Part shown: piece by piece, positions 59,021 through 64,000 of the stretch | Position numbering within the stretch: position 1 is the first letter of the stretch | Layout of the letters: each line of letters begins with the position of its first letter | The notes under the pieces: generated by a model | What the model saw: only the letters and a program-made list of their open reading frames with translations | Databases searched by the model: none | Told to the model about the DNA's origin: nothing | Program-made: the position numbers and the translations under genes | Assembly (NCBI GenBank): GCA_028534125.1 | Contig: CM052843.1 | Coordinates: 11,594,001-11,658,000 of the forward strand | Source: Lama glama | Lineage: Eukaryota | Length of the DNA: 64,000 nt | Direction of reading: 5' to 3'

Positions 59021-59894
59021 AGTCTTGATATTTCTTGTGTAGTGGGAAGCCACCAACCATGTTATACAAAACCATTCTTAAGGAGAGAGGGCCTGGTGCT
59101 AAGGGATAGGGTGGGCTTCTGTGGGGAATAACTAAAACTGGTCAGAAGATGCTCCAAGCCTGCGTGGGATGCATGCTAGCACTCAAATCGGATTTTCCGA
59201 TTTTCCTCTGGGATACTGTCCTTACTGTTGTGCTCTGTCAGTTACCGAGGACACAGATAATGTCTGAATTTCAATATCTTCCCCTGTCTTCAAGAAAAGA
59301 AATCTAGCTTAGCTGAACCACCCAGTTTTGTTTCATGAGCACCTTGTAACCTGGCTCCCCGCCTTTTAATTCATCCAAAGGTAAGTAGTTGATGTACTGA
59401 GTATAAAATTCAGTATTCCTACATCTTACGTGAAATTGGGAGAATTCTACGTAACTAAAACTGTTCTTTTCGTTTCACCAGATTGGTTCCCCTAGGATGC
59501 AAATAAATTTTATCTGTAGTTATATAGATTAAAAAAAAAGTCTTAAGAATTAAAGCAAGTGACATGGATTCCCACAGAATCGTGGTTTCTCTCCGTGCGT
59601 CTAATTCTGGTGCTGGCTTTTATCATCCTGAAAGCTTTAGGTGTCCCAGTTTCCAGGGGGCTTAGGATTCTGCCCTGGCTCTGGCAACACTGTTGCATTG
59701 TTTCACCCAACAAAGGAAGTAGCAGGTGTCCAGCTCTGGTACCAGAAGTCATGCCTTCTACCAAGGTATCCCTAGGGACAGGGCATATGTTTTGCCTGAG
59801 CTTTTTTAAATTTGTAGTTTATATGGTATAAAATGGCACCAACAATGAGAAATTGGTATCGTCATTTCTTTGATGCCTAATTATAGGCCAACGC

Positions 59895-60350
59895 AGGTAG
59901 ATGGTTCCTGAGGTGTAGCCCTGAAACCCAACTCAAACCAGTATGAGCCACGTTGGAATTTATTTCCTTATCTAAATGGAAAGTCCAAGGCCGCAAGCAG
60001 CTCTGGGCACATCTGGATGGGAGATGGTGTCACCAGAAATGTCTCTCTTTCCTTTGATGGCTTCTTTTTTCAATTAGGACCGTATGTGATGACAGAGAAG
60101 GCCCTCAGCAGCTCTGGCTTACATCATTTTAACAGCCAGTGTTCTAAAGAGAGTGTTTCTTTCCTGATAGCGCCAACAAAAACCACAGGAATGACACTCA
60201 CTGGCCCAGCGTATATTGCCCACCTATTTATCAGTCAGTCCTGCCGGGACTGGGGATAGAGCAAGCATTTTCTCTAGACTCTGGTCACACTAGGGACTGT
60301 TGGAAGTGATGGCTGTCACATCAGGAACCATATGACCCGACAGTGGAGGG
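59895..60350 (-). mobile_element. ERVL-MaLR solo LTR (MLT1J/K/L-like)
   Basis: gaaacccaactcaaaccagtatgagc...ggaatttattt...gaaagtccaagg...ctcagcagctctggcttacatc...actcactggcccagc...tgcccacc. Confidence 0.7.
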
Positions 60351-60754
60351 TTACTTTCCTGTGTTGTAGAGAGAGAGCCAAGAATAAGGTTTGTTGTTTT
60401 GTGGGTTTTTCCCAAGCCCAGAGCCTAGAAAAGTCCTTCCTACCTCACAGGAATCAGGTATGCCAGTAAGTAGCATTCTCTCATCAAAACCACAAATACG
60501 TGTTGAGAATGCCATTCATTGTACTAGATCCACTAACTATGAGAAAACACAAATTTTGCTCATTTGGAGCTTATGTTGTCATAGAGATGATGGGTATATT
60601 AAAAGGTAGAGTATAAACAATTCTGTAGCTCAGAGACTCCCCCCCGGGGGAGGAGGGGCAGTCCCAGACAGAGAGGGCAGCATTTACAAAGATCCTGTGG
60701 TGAGAGACAGTAATTAACTGAAATAATCTCTTACAGATGCAGCAGAAGTAGTCA

Positions 60755-61025
60755 GAGATGAAGATCATCTAAGAGTCTTTGACTTATGAAGGCAATTTTA
60801 CTTTAAGTGCTGTGGGGATTTATTGAAGGATTTGATGCAGGGAAATGAAAAGGTGAAATCTGTATTTTGGAATGAATGCCCTGTGCTGGGGGCATGTGGA
60901 CTAGCAGAGGGCAAGACTGGAGGCTGGGCCACATGTAGGCCATTGAAGTCATCAGGTGAGATGAGGAGGTGAACGGAGTGGATAATGGTGGAGGGGATGG
61001 AGTTATAGGAGATTTGAGCAGTGTC
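60755..61025 (-). mobile_element. L2 fragment
   Basis: ttttactttaagtgctgtggggatttattgaaggatttgatgcagggaaatga...gggcaagactggaggctggg...gaagtcatcaggtgagatgaggaggtg. Confidence 0.7.
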
Positions 61026-61197
61026 AAAGCGGCTTGGTGGGAAGGTAGCGATGGAATGCTTAGGAATGGAGGAATCTTTCCAGGCCCCATAGAAGACGTG
61101 GCTTTGTCTTCAGATATCCAGGCGCCCTGTGATCTACATCAGACACTAGCAAAGACTAGCTAGTAGATTTTCTGTGTTCACAAAAGTATGAATATGA

Positions 61198-61663
61198 GAA
61201 TGTTCACAGCAGCTTTATTCACAATTGCCAAAACCTGAAAATAACCGAATGTCTGTTAGCAAGATAAATAAAATGTGTTACATCCGTACCATAGAATATT
61301 ATTTAGCAATAAAAAGAAATGAAGTACTGAAACATACTGCAAAGTGGATTGGCCTTGAAGATACTATGTTTAGTGAAAGAAGCCAGTAATAATAGGCCAC
61401 ATGTTATATGGTTCCACGCGTATGAAATGTCCAGAATCATCAGATCTGTGGAGATAGAAAGCTGATTAGTTGTTGCCAGGGACTGGACTGGGGTGGGGGG
61501 GGAGGAATGGGAGAGGCTGCCAACGAGGCTTCTTACTAGTGATAAACATGTACTAAAACTGATAGTGGTGTTGAGTACACAACTCTGAGTATACTGAAAA
61601 CCATTGAATTGTGCACATTTAAATGATCTGAATGGTATGGTATGTGACTTTTAGCTGTTACAT
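61198..61663 (+). mobile_element. 5'-truncated L1MB-type 3' end
   Basis: gaatgttcacagcagctttattcacaattgccaaaa...gcaataaaaagaaatgaagtactg...gaaagaagccag...aaaaccattgaattgtgcac. Degenerate TSD caaaagtatgaatatga (61181-61197) / cataaatatgaatatga (61661-61677). Confidence 0.85.
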
Positions 61664-62230
61664 AAATATGAATATGATTATGGGAGTAAAGTCACCCCTA
61701 ATTTATCTGAAAAACAGAAGACCAGCTGGTGGAATCAGGCATATAAAATACGTCAAGAAATGACAGTGAGGAGATAGCATAAAATTGGAAAATAAAAAAC
61801 ACCTTAAATGTCTAACAATAGGAGAATGGATAAGTTGTCATATATTCATAAAAAAGAAATGACAGTGAGAATGCTGATCATTATCAAATTCATATTAAAA
61901 TATTAATAACTTACAGATGTGACCTAAAAATAGCATTTGTAGAACATTTAGTATAAGAGTAAAATATCTGTACTTAACTCTCTAACTGTTAATACTGCTA
62001 TTAATATGTTACCAAAGAACACCATTTAAGAAGGCAATGAAAGATTTTATTTCAACATACAAGGATTCGGGGTATCTTAAAACACTTTCAGGGTCAGTTT
62101 CATTTAACTGAAAAAATTAGTGTATTGGAGATCTTCAAAGAGGACCATTAAACAATTTTTTGCCCATTCTTTGAGTTTTTTAAAATGGAAGGAAAAGATT
62201 CTTACTTGGAACAACAAAAAAGGCATGGGG

Positions 62231-62271
62231 TAATAATAATAGTAATAATGATGATGATGATGATGATGATG
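62231..62271. repeat. Compound (TAA)n(TGA)n microsatellite
   Basis: taataataatagtaataatgatgatgatgatgatgatgatg. Confidence 0.95.
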
Positions 62272-63446
62272 TAGAGCAAAAGTACAGGATGATAGAAAGC
62301 ATGCTCTAACCAGGAAGGTAAAGTAACAACAGGGCAACAAACATGTAGGGTTTCAGAAGGCAATCGGACAGTTGAATGTCACTCAACTCTCAGGTGACTT
62401 CTGTCAGTTCTACTTCATTGCAAAAATATTTTGCAGACCACTTTGGCCTTTTTGTCTCATTTCGTTTTTATATGATCGCTGGATTAAACACAGAAAAAAA
62501 CAAAAACAACAACTTGACTATTTTAAACAGAAACCAAGGAAATGGGAAGTTACAAAAATTGTCCATGGTTGGGACTGAAGGTCAAGCCTAGGTGGAGAAA
62601 CTCTGTAAGCTCCGCCCAGAAAGAATCCTAGGAATTGTTTAAGACAAGGTATATTGGCTTCAGTATATTTATACTTTATCATTGTTTGTTACTGATTCTA
62701 AAATTATTTTACTTGTAAAATGAGACAGCAAAATATAAGGTAGAATGTTAGTAGCTGATAAAGGTTATCAGGGGTTTTAAAATACCATGTATATGCAGAT
62801 GATGTCTATGTTTTTAAAAGGTCTGTGTCGGAATTTTAGAGAATTGTTTCAAGAATTGTAGCTAAATTTAAAAATTGGCACTCAGCTTTGCTGCAGTATT
62901 TTTGAATTCGCTTCTTAAATCCCCTCAATTTGCTGTTCTTGAATGTTAATCTTTTCCCCCAAGAGCAAGTCCCTCATCTTAGAGGCTGGAGGATTTATTT
63001 GTCTTCCCCGAGAATTTCCTTTCCTTGTCTTTTTAATTGCAGTGCTGTTATGGGTCCTGTCCTAGATTTCTTTCTTCATTTTTCTCTCTTTTCATTTAAT
63101 TTTGGCATATCCATTTCACATTAGTATTGTGCCTCTTTTTATCTTAGAGGAAGCAACTAGAATTCTGAGTATATTGTAAAATTCTTCTATTTAAGTTACT
63201 GGCAAACATTGAAGTGTGTCTGTGGTAATTAGGGAATCATTAATAGAAAGAGAAACAATTCTAGATCTTTTCAAAAGTCTTTTCAGTCAATATTTTACCT
63301 TAAATGTGAGTTGACAAAAAGCTCTTTTTACAGTCTAGCGTTAACTTTGAGCAGAGTGAGCTTACTTTTTTGCCCAAAATATTTCTGCCATACTGCCAGC
63401 TGTGCAGCCTTCATAATTTTCAGAGGTGTTATTTAAGAATAGGAAC

Positions 63447-63478
63447 CACCATCCATCCATCCATCTATCTGTCTATCT
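63447..63478. repeat. (CCAT)n(CTAT)n microsatellite
   Basis: accatccatccatccatctatctgtctatct. Confidence 0.9.
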
Positions 63479-64000
63479 CACAGGATTTTTGTTGCAATTT
63501 TTTAGAAATTGGTGAACATTGTATTCTGCTGTTTGATCACATCTGTCCCATCCTGGATCTTTGAAAGAATTGTCAGTTAGGGTCCAGTTCTTTGTGTTGG
63601 TGTTCTGAGTAATTGGGAAAGGGAAATTTCTTTCAAGTCTATGTGAAAGCCCTTGCTAATTAGAAACATTAATTCAAAATTTCTTTCATATTTTCTTCAC
63701 TTAACTTGTTCTTCATCTAGCTGGGGCTGGTTGTTTTTGGAATTAGAGTACTATTTTATTACATTGGTTTAAGTCATTTTAATATAACAGATTCCTACAT
63801 ATAAAATAGTTTAAATAGGAGTTGATCATAGGTACTACAAAATTATTCAGTTTAAAAATAGGACTCAGAAGGTTTTTTTTTAAATATTAAATTTTCTTTA
63901 TATAATAAGAACAGAATTCAAATTTCCATGATTTTTATATGGGTATATAATTCTTTTATAAGGTAAACTGCAGCTATAGGTTAGTGCTTTCTCATTTCTC

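Larger units (their letters stand above)
45435..64000 (+). other. NCOA2: NCOA2 intron 2, 5' part
   Basis: Starts with gtgagt. The first coding exon (MSGMGENTSDP...) is not present in the window. Confidence 0.8.

Noticed and set aside
59185-59203. 8-bp-arm hairpin AAATCGGA-TTT-TCCGATTT (similar one near 41883-41903)
   Set aside because: Arm length is within chance expectation for 64 kb.
62104-62340. ORF with poly-His/poly-Tyr
   Set aside because: It is just the reverse translation of the (TAA)n(TGA)n microsatellite.
1-64000. A novel multi-gene system, CRISPR array, tRNA/rRNA or intact transposon
   Set aside because: I found no long ORFs, no regularly spaced repeat-spacer array and no RNA-gene signatures. 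Almost everything recognisable is one UTR exon plus standard mammalian repeat fossils.

Overview
Mammalian genomic DNA, AT-rich and repeat-laden, almost certainly camelid (alpaca/llama/camel) judging by two young L1 3'-end insertions whose sequence I recognise as camelid-type. The whole window appears to lie inside NCOA2 (SRC-2/TIF2/GRIP1) on the + strand. The only recognisable exon is the 57-nt non-coding 5'-UTR exon 2 (45378-45434), preceded by about 45 kb of intron 1 and followed by about 18.5 kb of intron 2. I see no protein-coding exon, RNA gene or CRISPR array. The ORF track consists of chance ORFs, N-gap read-throughs and decayed L1 ORF2 remnants. The rest is L1, L2, MIR, MaLR LTR and DNA-transposon fossils, microsatellites and three assembly gaps. 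I found no previously undescribed biological system. The leads worth following are regulatory or splicing-level: candidate recursive-splice sites and cryptic 5'-UTR exons, two candidate internal promoters in intron 2, a MYC-type G-quadruplex next to a candidate microexon, a D-box/E-box cluster, and datable nested L1 insertions. Gene and repeat identities come from recalled consensus sequences, not searches. Repeat boundaries are approximate unless TSDs are given.
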